From: Vicugna vicugna
Lineage: Eukaryota
Assembly: GCA_013265495.1 (NCBI GenBank)
Contig: MU057865.1
Coordinates: 1,116,001-1,180,000 of the forward strand
Direction: 5' to 3'
DNA: 64,000 bases
Below are positions 27,451 through 40,990 of the stretch, one piece after another. Position 1 is the first letter of the stretch, and every line of letters begins with the position of its first letter. The notes below the pieces were generated by a model. That model saw nothing but the letters and a program-made list of their open reading frames with translations. It was not told where the DNA came from and ran no database searches. The position numbers and the translations under genes are program-made.

Positions 27451-29319
27451 GTCTTTATTGTTCTTTAGAATTAATTTAGAAGAACAAAGAAGTTTTCTTC
27501 ATAGGTGGTGAGTTTTTATCCTACTTACATTTGTGCCTTGGGGCACTCTTCATTAAACAGAAATATACGGCACCAGAGAGTGTATGTTGCCAGATGAGTT
27601 CGGTTTTATTCCTCGGATATAAAGAGAGGAACATTTTATGGAGACCTGAATTGTTCATATTATTTATTGATATACATGCCATCTTCTCATATGCACAAAC
27701 TGGGTCTATTTTTATAAATGAACTTGATAAATAATTGAATATGAAAGTGCCCCTGCTGTGCTGTCCTTGGACCCCTGGGGCATTAAGAATTCATGCCTCT
27801 CTTGACCCGCAAACTTCTACTCGAATTCCAGCAGCCCTGTGTGACTTCCAAGGGGGACTTGTCGCTCAGGCTGAACTGTATAGTGTTTCTCTGATGTGCA
27901 AAATGTTGACCCCCGGGAAGTCTCTGGACTCATTTTCATTAGTAACCTAAACACATTTGGAGAGTAGGGGCTGGGGTGGGCAACCGATTAGTTGCCTCTC
28001 AGCACAGCAAATCTACCCTTATTGTCCCTGCCCACTGGCTTGGAGGAAATTGGCCTCTGAAGCCTGATTGTTGCTTGTTGTGCATGGCGACGGGCTGATT
28101 TGTGCCGTCGCCAGCGAGGGCCAGACCTCCACCGAGGAATCAGGCAAGCCAGAGCCCCGAGGAGCAGGGCTGGTTCTTTGTGTTCATCTGGGGGCTTCCT
28201 TTGCACCTGTTCTAAGTTGTGTGCAGAGTCAGAATGTCAGCTGGCTTTTAGTACCATTGGACGCTACCTTGTGTTGAGCAAGTTATCAGATTCTTGGCTA
28301 CGTAGTTCTTTAGTACCTAAGAACCGGCCGTTACCATATCAGCAATCAGACCCCTGTTTCTTTTCTTGTTAGTGTCCAGGAATCATCATCTGCAAGGCCC
28401 AGTTTGACTATAGCCCCCTAGTATAAGCATTGTACTTTTATGATCTTTAATAATTTGAAGGAAAACCATGATGTTAGGTATTCGGTAGCCCACAGTTAGA
28501 AGGGACGAGTTGTGGAAGACGTGAGCTCAGGAAGGATGATATTCCGTAACGGGAAACGTTACCCTGGATGTTACAAAAGACACAAAGCAGCACCACTTCC
28601 AGACAGTGCAGTTAAGATAGTTTCCCGTTAATTTGCAAAGGAGAAAAACAGAACATTTTTTTTCCCTCACATTCCAGAAAAGACCTCAGTTTTCTTTCCG
28701 CAGCAGTTGCTTGTCATTTATCCTTGTCTTTCATCCGTAAAGAATTTTTGCACTAAATAAATTTTTTAAAGCCCAGATAACAGAATGGAACAAAATTGTT
28801 TAAAGTCTATTGGAACAACAATCGTATTAGTTTCTCAATTGTTTCTGGGATGGTTGGAGATCCGGCGTCAGCCTTGAGCAGGGCTGTTTAGCAAGTGAGC
28901 TGAGAAACGCCAGAGGCTCACAGGTCCAGCCCTTGTCTTGGGTCCTCCAGGGATGCTCACCGTCATGGACCTGCTGCTGACCTCTGCTGTGTCTGCTTGT
29001 ATATCTCACAGTTTCTCTCTCTTTCTCTCCTCTCTCTCCAACTTTTTTTCTTTTTAACCGAAAAAGACAATCTTTTATTCTAGCTTTGACTGTTCTGATG
29101 CAGCTAAGATTTCAATTGACTGGGGCTGTCTGATTCCTCAGGCCCAAACCTCAAAGATCTTGACACAATATCGGGAGATTGTCAAAGAATCTGCCTGTTT
29201 AACAGTATCCGAGTTGATTCAAATACAGCAATTGGAGATGCACTTGAACAAGAATGCTTTAAGGGAAGGAAACTTTTTTTGTAATTTTTTTTGCAATGTC
29301 TAATCTTGTCAGGAGGTGT

Positions 29320-29525
29320 CATATGATTTATAGTCATTATCACACTTTACACTTACAAAACCTCTGTGAGTTAAATATTGTTAACTGTATTTATCAGATG
29401 AAAAAAAAAAAAAAAAACAGGTTAGCGAACTTTAAGTACTTGCCCAAGGTTACACAGCTAGCATACAGTAGAGCTGGGATGAAAACCCACGTCCCTTCGA
29501 TTCAGAATTGACTGTGTCACGCTGC
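29320..29525 (-). mobile_element. MIR SINE
   Basis: 'aacctctgtgagtta...cagatgaaa...ttaagtacttgcccaaggttacacagcta...agagctgggatgaaaaccca'. Confidence 0.75.
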
Positions 29526-30739
29526 CTTCCAAGGGGAGACATTGCCAAAAACCTTGCCAATGACTCTGGCAACCTGTGACTCTGGCATTCTCCCATTCTT
29601 CTCTCGACATCCTTCTGTGACTCCATAAGGACTAAACACTCATATATTTTTGGGCTTTGTCCCAAATAATGTGGGTGAGGCCAAAAAAAAAATTGAAAAT
29701 ACATTATCTGCGCTCCAGGATTATGGATTTTATTGACAAAGACGTGTGTCACAGGTAACAGTATACACACAGAATAAATTATAATAAATGTGATTATGAC
29801 TTGGGGCTGACTTGGTTTTGAGATAAAGAGTGTCCTTTTTTTCACTTAAAATTGATGTTGATGTTGCAGAGATTTCCTTTTTAGCAATAAAGGTGTGTGT
29901 CAAGGTCAAACACACACTTTCTAATACTGGTTTTACCTGTAAAATCTCCAAAATATTGTGTCTCCTAAACTTTGTAGGGCACACTACTTCTGAGCGAATT
30001 CTTAAAAAAAAAAAAAGGAATCTTGAGAAGCATTTCACAATTAAAATCATAACATATCAAAGATAAATTTTGTCATATTCAGGAAACATTGATCACGCTG
30101 GTGGACTGAACTGATGCGGACGGGACCTCCTCTGATGGAAAATACAGGATGTGAGTCACAGGCAACAGACACAAGTCACACAAAGAAACAGAGTTGGTGG
30201 CCCAAGAGCCCACACAGCAAGCAGGAGGTTCAGAACTCTAAAAACACCACAAAATAAAACAATTAGAAAGACACTATGAAATAATTATGAATGAAGCACA
30301 CAAATAGAGCTGAAGTCTAAAGAAAGAGAAATACGAAGGTGTTAACATTGAAGACAGAAATCAAGGCAAATGCATTAAAGAGAAGTTGCGCTCCTAATGT
30401 TTATCATAAGCTACAGACAGGGCTTAAAAGTTACAGTCTCGGGGGTCAGACACTGAGGAACAGGAAAAAAAACAAGAGTTTGAACTTGAACAGAGTGATT
30501 AGATTACAACTGAATCTCTTGCATAAATCCTAGGACTCCAGGCTCTCCCCATCATTTTGGAAAATACTTGTGGACACCACACTGGGCTATTGAAATCCTT
30601 GTAGGAATAGAAGAGTTATTTCTCCAGCATCAGCAAATTGCCCTCACCTATTTTTTTTATTATTTTTATTTACCCTTTTTGTATTTTTATTTTTTATTAT
30701 TTTTATGACCCTTTTTATTACTATTTATTTTAATTACCC

Positions 30740-31048
30740 TTTGGTAGTTGTCTCAGCTAAAGAGGGACGTGTTTCCTAAACTTATGCTCCCTTCCTGGGC
30801 TGGCCCCAGTCCAATGATTGGACGTAGGGGCATAAAAAGACTGGCTTCTCCATCCAGCTCAGGACCCATCTGTGAAGTCGTCCCACCTCCAGAACTCCTC
30901 GCAGAAGCAGCCAGGTCTTCTGCTAGGAATGCATAACTTTTATCCTCCCTCTGTCCAGTCCTTCACTCCTTCCTGACTTCCCTTCAGCCAGTGCTGATTT
31001 CACAAGCACTTCTTAATAAACCTTTTCCCAGGGAACACCAGCTGAAGA
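30740..31048 (+). mobile_element. LTR16A-like ERVL solo LTR
   Basis: 'ccagtccaatgattggacgtaggggcataaaaag', 'ccacctccagaactcc', 'cttaataaacc...ccagggaacaccagctgaaga'. Confidence 0.7.
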
Positions 31049-31499
31049 ATACTTCTGAGAACTCAACATGAAGAGATTCACAGACAGACAAGCAAGTCTG
31101 CATTTTACTCTTTATTTTAGGCATCCGATGTTAAAGAAGGAGGGGTGGGGAGGAGGAGAAGGAGAAAGAGAAGGGTGTTAAAATAAGAACTTGAATCTCC
31201 GAGACATTGCACCCACAGCTTTTAGCTGCATTGATACGATGTGTGCTGTGAGTAAACCCAAAGCCAACAAATTAATCTTAAAATTGCTCTTTGGGGGATG
31301 AATGCCCAAGACCCGAGTTGATACAGGTAAGGAGCTTCCGTGTCATGAAGCTTCCATACACCATGATGTACAGGGCTTTCAAAGATTAAACAACCTCACC
31401 GAAGAACGGTGCACAGTCAATTCAACATTACATGAAGAAATGGAGAGAACTCTGACAATGTCGAATTTCCGCTGACTCATATTCCCAGGGAAGACAATG

Positions 31500-34150
31500 G
31501 TCGAGGAGGACTTCACATATTTTGTGCTTTAAGAAACAGCTAACTGCAAAGGACTGCCTTGGTCTTGCATATTTCAGAGCTAAGAGGACCCCTTTCCTTT
31601 GCTTTGAGAAGTTTCTCATTAGTGAATGTATTTTCTATTGTAATAGCCTGAATAAAATGACCTCCTTCACTGTGTGTTGTAATTTGTCTTTTATTGATTT
31701 GGTGGCATGACTTAGGTCGCCTTGTCCCTTGGCTTCCGACTACTTTTTTACTCAGCCCAGGGACGGAGCCTTCCTGAAGCCCCTCTGCTCTGTCTCTGAC
31801 TCGCAATCTAGGGACCCAGCTGTGACTCCAGCTCTCTCTCCTGCGTTCTTGACTTTTCTTCATCTGCTCTGTGATGCAGAATTGATTTGGATTCCTTCTG
31901 ATTGCTCACGTGTTTTCTGGTACTAGCATCTCTTGGCACCTTTGATCATTTTGCAATACCAGTAAGTAGACTGATGGTTCATAGAGATTTTCTGTTTGGC
32001 AAAAGTCAGAGAATCTGGCTTCTTAGTATTTCATATTTGTTTGTTTATGTTGAACTCAAATAGATTAAGAATTTCATGTGCACCAGGAAACGTATATCTG
32101 GATGGACAAATTTGATTTTGTGTATTTATGTCTAGCTCATGGTTATATTTTACAAATGAAGTAATAGGGTTCTCTGCCTGTATCTCTGTATATTTCTATG
32201 TTTATTACTTAGAAGGGCTTTTACCTCTCATGTGAGTGTATAATATTATCCAACCTCTAAAAGTTATTTTCAGATTCAATTATACAACCTTTTAAAGGAG
32301 TTCTATTGTAATTAGTGTAGAATAAATAAGCACTAATGATAATTAATTACTCCTAAATTTTCCAGAAAATAAATCTCTTTACTTTTCTTTTTTTTTTAAA
32401 TTTTAATTAATTAATTTATTTTTTTTAACATTTTTTATTGATTTATAGTCATTTTACAATGTTGTGTCAAATTCCAGTGTTCAACACAATTTTTCAGTCA
32501 TTCATGGACATATACACACTCATTGTCACATTTTTTTTCTCTGTGAGTTATCATAACATTTTGTGTATATTTCCCTGTGCTATACAGTGTAATCTTGTTT
32601 ATCTATTCTACAATTTTGCAAAAATGAAAATTATTCTTATATCTAAAAATGAATTCAAGAATTAATATAATTTATATTAATATACAATATACTTTATATC
32701 AATATATAATGTATAATAACTTCATATAACTTCGGTGAATCTTTGGCAAATGAGATTACTCTACTATGTATGGTCTAATAACAGCAATTGTATCTTCTCT
32801 GTCCATGGTGTGTAATATAAAAGAACACATCTTTGGTTTATTATCTCTAAACTTATATTGGTTTACTGATTGAATCAGCTAATATCACTCCTATTAAATT
32901 TTTAAGATAACTGAAAACGTAAATCTGTTAAAGCAAATTGAATCATTATTCTGACAAATTTTAGCTCAATAGTAATTATGTTTTGTGACACATCAGATTG
33001 AAGGTTGATTTGAAGATCTTTAGATAACTGAAAAACTTGAACTGATAATAAACTGAATTAGTTAATGGGTATCCAATTAATACCTAGAAGTAAAACAGCT
33101 TGCTGAAACATTCATTGCTAAATGTAGGTTTAAATTTATATATTTTACCACATCTTTATTTGGTGAAGCTGTACATTTTGCCATTTGCAACTCTGAAAAG
33201 TTGTGCTGTAAGAGATGTAGATAAACATAGAACACAGGTTTGTGGAAAGGCAGTTTTACTTACTGTGGTCAAAGCTAGTTAGGTTGTGATGGGATGTGAT
33301 GGGTTTATTATAAGACTTCCAAAAACAGCTTTAGTAGTAACTATACTAATGCAAAACTAGAATTTGGTTTGGCTCTCTGTTAAAATAAATAAATAATTTT
33401 GGATATTGGTCTTCCCTTAGAAAAGACTGTATAAAATACACTTTACATTCTGTATAATTTTGACAAGATAGCAAAGATTCTGTGTTCTAACATGATAATT
33501 TTTTTTGGTTTATATTTATTTTCTTATATCCTGATTATTTAAGTAAACCGAGTTGTCTTGCTTAGGGAAGACTACAGTTTTTTAGAAATCATATTACCTC
33601 TTTTTTTAAAAAAAGTTTTATCTTTTCTTTGGTTAAATGGGTGGTAGGTAAAGTATTCTATGTTAATCAAGTGTTCAAATCTCCTGACAACTGTTGATAT
33701 TTTGCCTTCTTCAAATAAAATCCTTAATGATGTGTTTTGCATGTGAAACTGTTCTTTAGATATCCCAGAGGATTCTCGGAAAATCACAAAAATGCATTCT
33801 TTCATCTCGTAAAAAGAGTGCTGCTAGACGTAATTAGGTTTATTTGATATGTTACTGTTAATGACATATATGGAAGGATTTGTCAAGTCAAAAGACATGC
33901 TTAGCCTTCCATAGGTTAAAGTTGGGTGGGTAAAGTGATGTTAATATACACAGTTCATAAATTGCATAACGGGAGGTTCCCAGAGATTTGCCAATGCTCT
34001 TGTCAGCCATGCAACGTTTCTGTTTCTCAGTTGTGGTGCTATGTTGCCTGGTGTTAGAAAACAACAGTACAAATCAGCAGCTGTAATTTCAGTTATTTTT
34101 AAAAATGTTGTTAGTCACATCTTTACTTCTTCAATACGAATCTAGTGTCT
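31500..34150 (+). mobile_element. Degraded ERV1 remnant: 3' part of a MER34-like LTR, PBS and AT-rich non-coding internal sequence
   Basis: LTR end 'attgtaatagcctgaataaaatg...aatttgtctttt'; PBS-like tggtggcatgacttaggt at 31700-31717 (13/18 to tRNA-His PBS TGGTGCCGTGACTCGGAT); internal region resembles MER4-group internal sequences; no gag/pol/env ORF. Confidence 0.6.
32382..32618 (-). mobile_element. Young 5'-truncated L1 3' end (camelid-type)
   Basis: Poly-T head, then the antisense of the same 3' UTR seen at 53705-53839. Confidence 0.85.
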
Positions 34151-34954
34151 TCTAGGTCATTCATACACAACTGAGGATTGACATCAATTCCCTATTTTTA
34201 TTTTATTATTTTATGGATATTTTAGGACCTACTCCAGACTTAATGAGCCTCTTTACTTGATATTCTTGATATATCCTAGGTATATTCTTACTGTATGCAT
34301 GGTTTCTTATTCTCATGATTATTTTCTGCTGTATTTGAATTTTTTCACTGTAAAAATTATTCATTTTAAAAATTTAGATATCATATCCACTCTTTTATGA
34401 AAATAAGGTTAATCATTATATTTACAGATACTCTAATTTTTGGATTAATTTTACCCTCTTGCTTTACATGCCACAAGAACCAAATTTCCTTGCCTGCTGC
34501 CTTATTTTTGTAGTGAGCAAAATAAAAACCAGCCAAAGTGAGAACGGTAAGACGGATCTGACAAGAGTTAAGTATTTACCTAGATGCAACAGAGAGATAA
34601 AGGAAACACCTGGAGAGCGGTGAAGGCTGCCTACAATGTAAGTTCTCCATTCACGCCTCCCACCCATTTGCATGTGGATGATTGTTCTTGCTGCCATCTT
34701 CTGTGGTCCTTTACCTGAGGGCATTCCCTGTCTCAAGCAGCCAGACTCTAGATCACACACAGAAAAAGGTGCAAATGTTAAAGGACTGAAGCCCGAGGGA
34801 GCAACTTCAAGAAATATTATATGGGAGTTGGTGGGTAAGTGTCCCACGTTTTGAGCTGTTTGACGGTGTATCCACAGAGGTCCCCCTAATACTGAACTCT
34901 AGTTGCTCATCATGGTACTCTCCTTATGATTTCTCCCAGTATTGACCTCCTTCC

Positions 34955-35624
34955 TGAATTAGTCCCTTGTGGCTGCCATAACAAAGGGCCACAGACTAGG
35001 GGGCTTAAACGCAGATACTTATTTTGTCGCAGTCTGGAGGCTGGAAGTCCAAGATCAAGGCATTGTTAGGGTTGGCTTCACCCAAGGCCCCTCTCCTTGG
35101 CTTGTAGGTGGCCATCTCCCTCTGCTGTTTTCACACGGTCCTCTTTCTGTTTGTCTGTCATGTGCTGAATAGTGTCCCCACATGTGAAGCCCTAACCCCT
35201 AGTACCTTAGAATGTGATGACATTTGTAAGACAGGGTCCTTAAAAAAGATTAATGACATGAAAATATGGCCAGTAGAGTGGGATCTAGTCCAATCTGAAT
35301 GGTGTCCTTTTAAGAAGAGGGAATTTGGATGCAAAAAGGTACCAGGGATCTTCGTACAGAGAAGGCAGAGCTTGTGAGGACACAGAGAGGGGGTCTACCT
35401 GCGAGTCAAAAAGAGACATCTCTGGATAAACCGAGCCTGTCTGCATGTTGCTCTTGGACTTCAAGACTCTGGTCCTATATGGGGTTAGGGTCCACCTATA
35501 TGATCTCATTCTACTTAATTACCTCTTTGAAGGCTGTATCTCCTAATAAAGCCACATATTGAGGTTCTAGAGTTAAGGACGTCTACATACACATTTTGGG
35601 GGGAAGGCAATGCTGCCCATAACA
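34955..35624 (-). mobile_element. MLT1B-like MaLR LTR (outer copy)
   Basis: TG...CA termini, perfect 5-bp TSD CTTCC (34950-34954 / 35625-35629); 'ctggaggctggaagtccaagatcaagg'. Confidence 0.85.
35156..35472 (+). mobile_element. MLT1B-like MaLR LTR (inner copy, opposite orientation, 3'-truncated)
   Basis: 'tgtcatgtgctgaatagtgtcccc...gaagccctaacccctagtaccttagaatgtga...ggtgtccttttaagaagagg...tcttggacttc'. Confidence 0.8.
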
Positions 35625-36199
35625 CTTCCTCTCTAAAACACCCTCCAGCTCTCCTCCCTCCTCGTTTCCCTGGGAACATTCTCCAGCAAGCCGGTGTCAA
35701 ATTACTCTTTGACACAGACTCTGCTTCTGAGGAGTCTCAAACTAAAGCAAGTTCAGTGAAAAAATGTGAAGAAGAAAAGGAAGGATTTGAAAATGTGTTC
35801 TAAAAAGCTTAGAGAACAGGAGGATAGAGAGAAAGAGGGAAAGGTGTTTAAAAGATAGTATTTTTTTTTTAAAAATGGTGGAGCAACATGAGTTTTCTGA
35901 TTAAGGATTACACTGAGTTCTGAATAAGATAAATGAAAACAATGTGTTTGTACATGTGATTTGTTAAGGTCAGGGTACATTAAATTGCTCAATCAGTATT
36001 TCCTAAAACGTAATGGTTCAAATTCTTTGAGACTTGTTTTCCCCTCACAAAGCCTTTCAGGGCAGGTGCTGTTAGTTTATGAGGAACTCTTTCCTCTGTG
36101 GAAATTTATGTACTCCCAACCCTGCCTGTTTTTGTAGCTCTGCCTTTGTGTGAACTTGCTGCCATCCAATGCTAGACGGTGGAACGGGGAATGTAATGA

Positions 36200-37105
36200 A
36201 ACCAACAAAATAAAATCTTAGTTTAAATGATAGAAGAAAATATAAAAATCAAAGTAGAAAATTTTGAATAAAATAAAAAGGGGAATTCTTACAAAAAATT
36301 ATCAGTAATTCTCTTGCACAATTCTACTTATACATTTGAAAATCTGAAAGAAATGGGTTACCTTCTAGGAAAATATAATTAACCAAAATTAACACCAGTG
36401 GAGATAATTTAAACTGACAAGTAACTGGAAAATAATTTGGGAAACTATACTATGAAAGGCATCTCCATGCATAAGTTTCATAAAAAGTTTTACAGGGAAA
36501 CTGTATTAATTCCATAAATGTCAGATAATCAAAAAAAGATAAAAATAATAAAACTTCCAAATTCCTATATACAGCAAACATACTATGGTTACAAAAACAT
36601 CACTGAGAAAGAACACAAAGTAAAATTGGTAATAAAGCTCAAATATCAATGTTGTTGCTAAAATATTAAAGAAAATATAAGCAAAGATAATGCAACCACA
36701 ATTAAAAATATATTTTAACTAACTGACATGAGTCAAACAGGAAGGTAGTAAAAAAGATTTATTTTTAATGGAAGATTTTTGTATAGCAAAACCCCACATG
36801 CAAAGTCCAAAGAAAAAGAACAAGCAAGCAGAAAGTATTTGCAGCTTTTATCACAAATAAAGGGCTTATATCTTTATATGTCAAAACTTCTACACATCAA
36901 GTAAGATGTGGCCAACCATCTAATATAGAGTGGGGAAAATATACAATCAGTTCACTGAACAAGAAATCAAAATTCTTAATCATGTGAAGCAAATATTCAA
37001 CTTCATGTATAATAAGAAAAAAGCATATTAAGTCATTGATATTACTTTCATATTGTCTAAAAGGTCAAAATCTAAAAGATTGGGAAACATTTTATTTACA
37101 AGTCT
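36200..37105 (+). mobile_element. Very old L1M ORF2 fragments
   Basis: A-rich; 'aaaatataattaaccaaaattaac', 'aaatattaaagaaaatataagcaaa', 'caaataaagggcttatatc'. Confidence 0.5.
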
Positions 37106-38498
37106 GTATGTTGGTTCTTTGAGAAGACCAACAAAATTATGACCACGTCCAAACAGACAGAACAAAAGAAGAAAAATAAATTGCCCAAGTTAGTAATGAA
37201 AAAGAGGTGATCACTACAAACCTACAGAAACTAAAAGGTTAAATAGGGAAAATAGTATGTACAATTTTACGCCAGCAAAGTAGGCAACTGAGATGAAATC
37301 AACATAGTAGGCAACTGAAATGAAATCAACAAACAATTAAGAACAAACTTTCATAATTTGTTTTAAGAAACAAATTAAAACTGAAAAAGAAGAATAAGAA
37401 AACCTAAAAGATCTTAAGTAATGAAATAAAATAATAAGTTAAAATACTCTCACAAATAAAAGCCCAGGCCTTACTGACGTCAGTAATGAATTCTGCCAAA
37501 TATTTAAAGAAGAAATAATAACACTCACTCTCAAATTCTCTTGGAAAACAGATATGAGAAAACACCTTCCGTCTCATTCTGTGAGGTCAATATTAACACT
37601 GGTACTAAAGTCAGACAAAATATTAAAAAAAAAACCTACGGTTTATATATCTCATCAATATAGACATGAAATTCTTCAACACAGTATTAGAAAACTGAGC
37701 ACAGCAACACACAAAAAAGATTGTATACGATGGCCAAGAAGGTGTTATTCAAGCAATTTAAAGTTGGTTTAACACCTGGAAATCATTTAATGTAATTTAT
37801 TCTATTAACAGAAAATGAAAAAAAGAATCACATGATCACCTCAGCAAATAAAGTATTTGAGAAAGTCATAAAAACTCTCAACAAACTAGAATTAGGAGTG
37901 AACTTTCTCAACATGATAAAGGACATCTATAAAAAACCTACAGTTAACAGCACAGTTAATGATGAAAGGCTGAATGTGTCCCTTGTGACAAGAAGCAAGG
38001 TAGGATGTTGACTTTTACACTTCTATTCAACACTGTGCTATGGGTTCCAGCCTGTAAAGTCAGGAGACAAAAAGAAATGAAACACACTCAGATCAGAAAG
38101 GAGTAAAACTGTCTTTATAGGCAGATGACATCATTCAGTATGTCGAAAATCCTAGGCTATCTACAAAACCAAACAGGCTCCCCGCAAAAAAAAAAAAAAA
38201 AAAAAAAAAAAAAGTGTGCACTATTAGAATTAGTAAACAAGATCAGCAAAGATAATGAGATCACAATTTTATTTCTATATTCAATCAATTAACAATCAGA
38301 AAACAAAAGTAAAGTTATCCTATTCTCAGTTGCATCAAACAGAATAAAACCTTAAAGAATAAATTTAACCAAAGAAGTATAAGATTTATTCTGAAAACTA
38401 CAAATCTTTGCCGATTGAAATTAACGTCTAAATGAATGGAAACACATTCTCTATTCATGAATTTGAAGAGTCATTATCATTAAGATAGGTAGTCTTCC

Positions 38499-39263
38499 TG
38501 TGGGAACTCTAGTTTTTAAAGGACTTTAGTTTTTAAAGGTCTCTCCATACTGTTTTCCATAGTGGCTGCACTCAATTACATTCCCACAAATAGTGTAAAA
38601 GAGTTCCCTTTTCTCCACACACTCTCTAGCACCCCAAAGTCCATAGCAGCACTGTGTACAAAAGCCAAGATGTGGAAACAACCTAAATGTCCATCAACAG
38701 ACGATTGGATGTGATATATATATAGAGAGAGAGTAGTATTCCATTGTGTGTATAATTGTGTGTGTGTATATATACACACACACAAAGGAACACTATGCAG
38801 CTATAAAAAAAGAATGAAATGATGCCATTTGCGACAACATGGATGGACCTTGAGATTATCATACTAAGAGAAGCAAGTCAGAAAGAGAAAGACAAATGCC
38901 ATATGTATCACTTATATGTGGAATCTAAAACAATGACACAAATGAACATGTTTACAAAACAGAAACTCATAGACATAAAAAACAAACTTATGATGACCTA
39001 AGGGGAAAGGGGAGAAGGGATAAATTACGAGTTTGGGATAAGCAGATACAATCTACCATCTATAAAATAAATACCCAGGTCCTACTGTATAGCACAGGGA
39101 ACTGTATTCAGTATTTTGTAAGAACCTAAGTTGAAAAAATGTATATATAAATGTACAACTGAATCACTATGGTATACACCAGAAAGTAACACAACATTGT
39201 AAATCAAATATATTTAAATTAAAAACAAAAAAAGATAAATTGTGTTTGGGGAGAAAAAAAAAA
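38499..39263 (+). mobile_element. Younger L1 3' end with 5' inversion (twin priming)
   Basis: 38499-38631 antisense L1, 38629-39235 sense L1 ending in an A-rich tail; degenerate TSD agtcttcc / aatcttcc. Confidence 0.8.
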
Positions 39264-39550
39264 GGAATCTTCCAAAATCAATCTAGCATCCTTGTAAATA
39301 GACAAGCTGATCCTAAAATTTATATGGACTCCAAGCAGGTAAATCAATACTAAAGAAGAACATAGTTGAGGGACTTATACTTCTCAATTTTAAAACTTAG
39401 TGCAAAGATACAGTAATCATGATAATGTTCCATTGACATATATGTATATATATACAGAGAGAGAGACAGAGACAGAGACAGAGACAGAGAAAGAAAATTA
39501 AAAGTCTAGAAATTAATTCTTACACTAACAGTTGATGCTGACATAGATAT

Positions 39551-40051
39551 TGTCAACTGAAAATAAATGAGCAGCCTAGAAGTTGAGAATTATGTTTTAT
39601 TTGGGGGACATTTCTGATGATTCGAATCCATTCCAGCCAGGGATGACAGCCTCTCATATGGCTCTGAGGGGCTGCTCCAAAGAGGTAAGGGAGGAGCCAG
39701 GACATATAGGAGCTTTACAACAAAGACCAGGTAGTTGGGACAATAAAAGATTACTTGTTATCTAAAGAAAACCAGGCATCTCAAGTTAAAGAATTTAGTG
39801 CTTTTCTATGTATGGGAGGAAGCAAGCATTTGGGCTCATTGAATTCATTCCTTTGACCAGCACCTCGCTATCTAGGGCCAGTGTCCTGTCCTTTCTTGTT
39901 CTGAGTCCCCTCAGGGTGCACCCTTGTGAGTGGCTGCAGAGGTCGGGCTGCAGGCTTGTCTTCCCCGGGGGGTGGCAGCAGCTGCTGATGACTTGATGGT
40001 TTCAGCATTGTTTGTTTACTGATAAGAGGTTTGCAGTATTTTTCGTTCACA
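39551..40051 (-). mobile_element. Solo ERV1 LTR, MER41-like
   Basis: TGTCAAC...TTCACA termini; TSD atat/atac; interrupts L1 ORF2; near reverse complement of 43352-43841. Confidence 0.85.
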
Positions 40052-40990
40052 ATACCAAGGCAATTCAATGGAGACAGGAAAATCTTTCCAAGTAAGTTAA
40101 CTTCTGCTAAGTGAATTAGATATTCACGTGCTAAAAGATGGATTTAAACACTTAACTTACATCACACACACACACACAAAATTACAGTGAATAATTAAAT
40201 TAAATGTAAGAGCTAACACTGCGAATGTCTTAGGAAAAATAAATAGAAAAAAAATCTACATGACCTTGGTTTAGGTGAAAATTTCTTAACTACACCTAAG
40301 GCACAAGCCACTAAAAAACAGATAAATTAAACTGCATGAAAATTAAAAATTATACTTCCAAAGACATCATTAAGAAATCAAAAAGATAAGCCAGACATGG
40401 AAAATTTACTTACAAGTCATAAATCCAGTAAAGGACTATGTGTAGAATTTGAATTTAAATAGGCGATTGAGTAAATACTTCACAAAGGAAGATAGACAAA
40501 AAGTTGATAAGCCCTTGAAAAAATGTCCCACGTTGTCATTAAGAAATGCCCATTAAAATTATAATGATATATTACTTCACACCCACTAGAATAGTTGAAA
40601 TTAAAAAAAAAAAATAGGCAATAATAAGTATTGGAGAGGATCTGGAGAAACTGGTACTCTCAAATATCCCTGGTAGGAAGTAAAAGAGTGTTATCCACTT
40701 GGGAAGACAAGATGGGAATTCTCAAAAAATTAAACATAAACTCTCCATATGCCTGTCAATTCCAACCCTAGGTGTCTATTCGAGGAAATGAAAACATACA
40801 TCTACAAATAACCTAGTATTCATATATTTATAGCAGCATTATTTATAATAGTCAAGAGCTGGAAGCAATTCTATCAACTGATGGATGAATGAAGGAAATG
40901 TGTTATATGCATACAATGGAAAGCTGTTCAACAGCCACAGGTAGGAAGTACCAAAACACGTTACAAAGTGATGACTCTTAAAGGCATGCT

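Larger units (their letters stand above)
34650..35750 (+). mobile_element. LTR16-like ERVL LTR split by an MLT1 insertion
   Basis: 5' part 'gggagttggtgggtaagtgtccca...cacagaggtcccc...ctagttgctcatca'; 3' part 'tttccctgggaacattctcc...gactctgcttctgaggag...aaactaaagca'. Confidence 0.55.

Noticed and set aside
30648..30742. T-rich repeated units with 'ttaccc' resembling telomeric or array repeats
   Set aside because: Irregular low-complexity AT-rich sequence with no constant period
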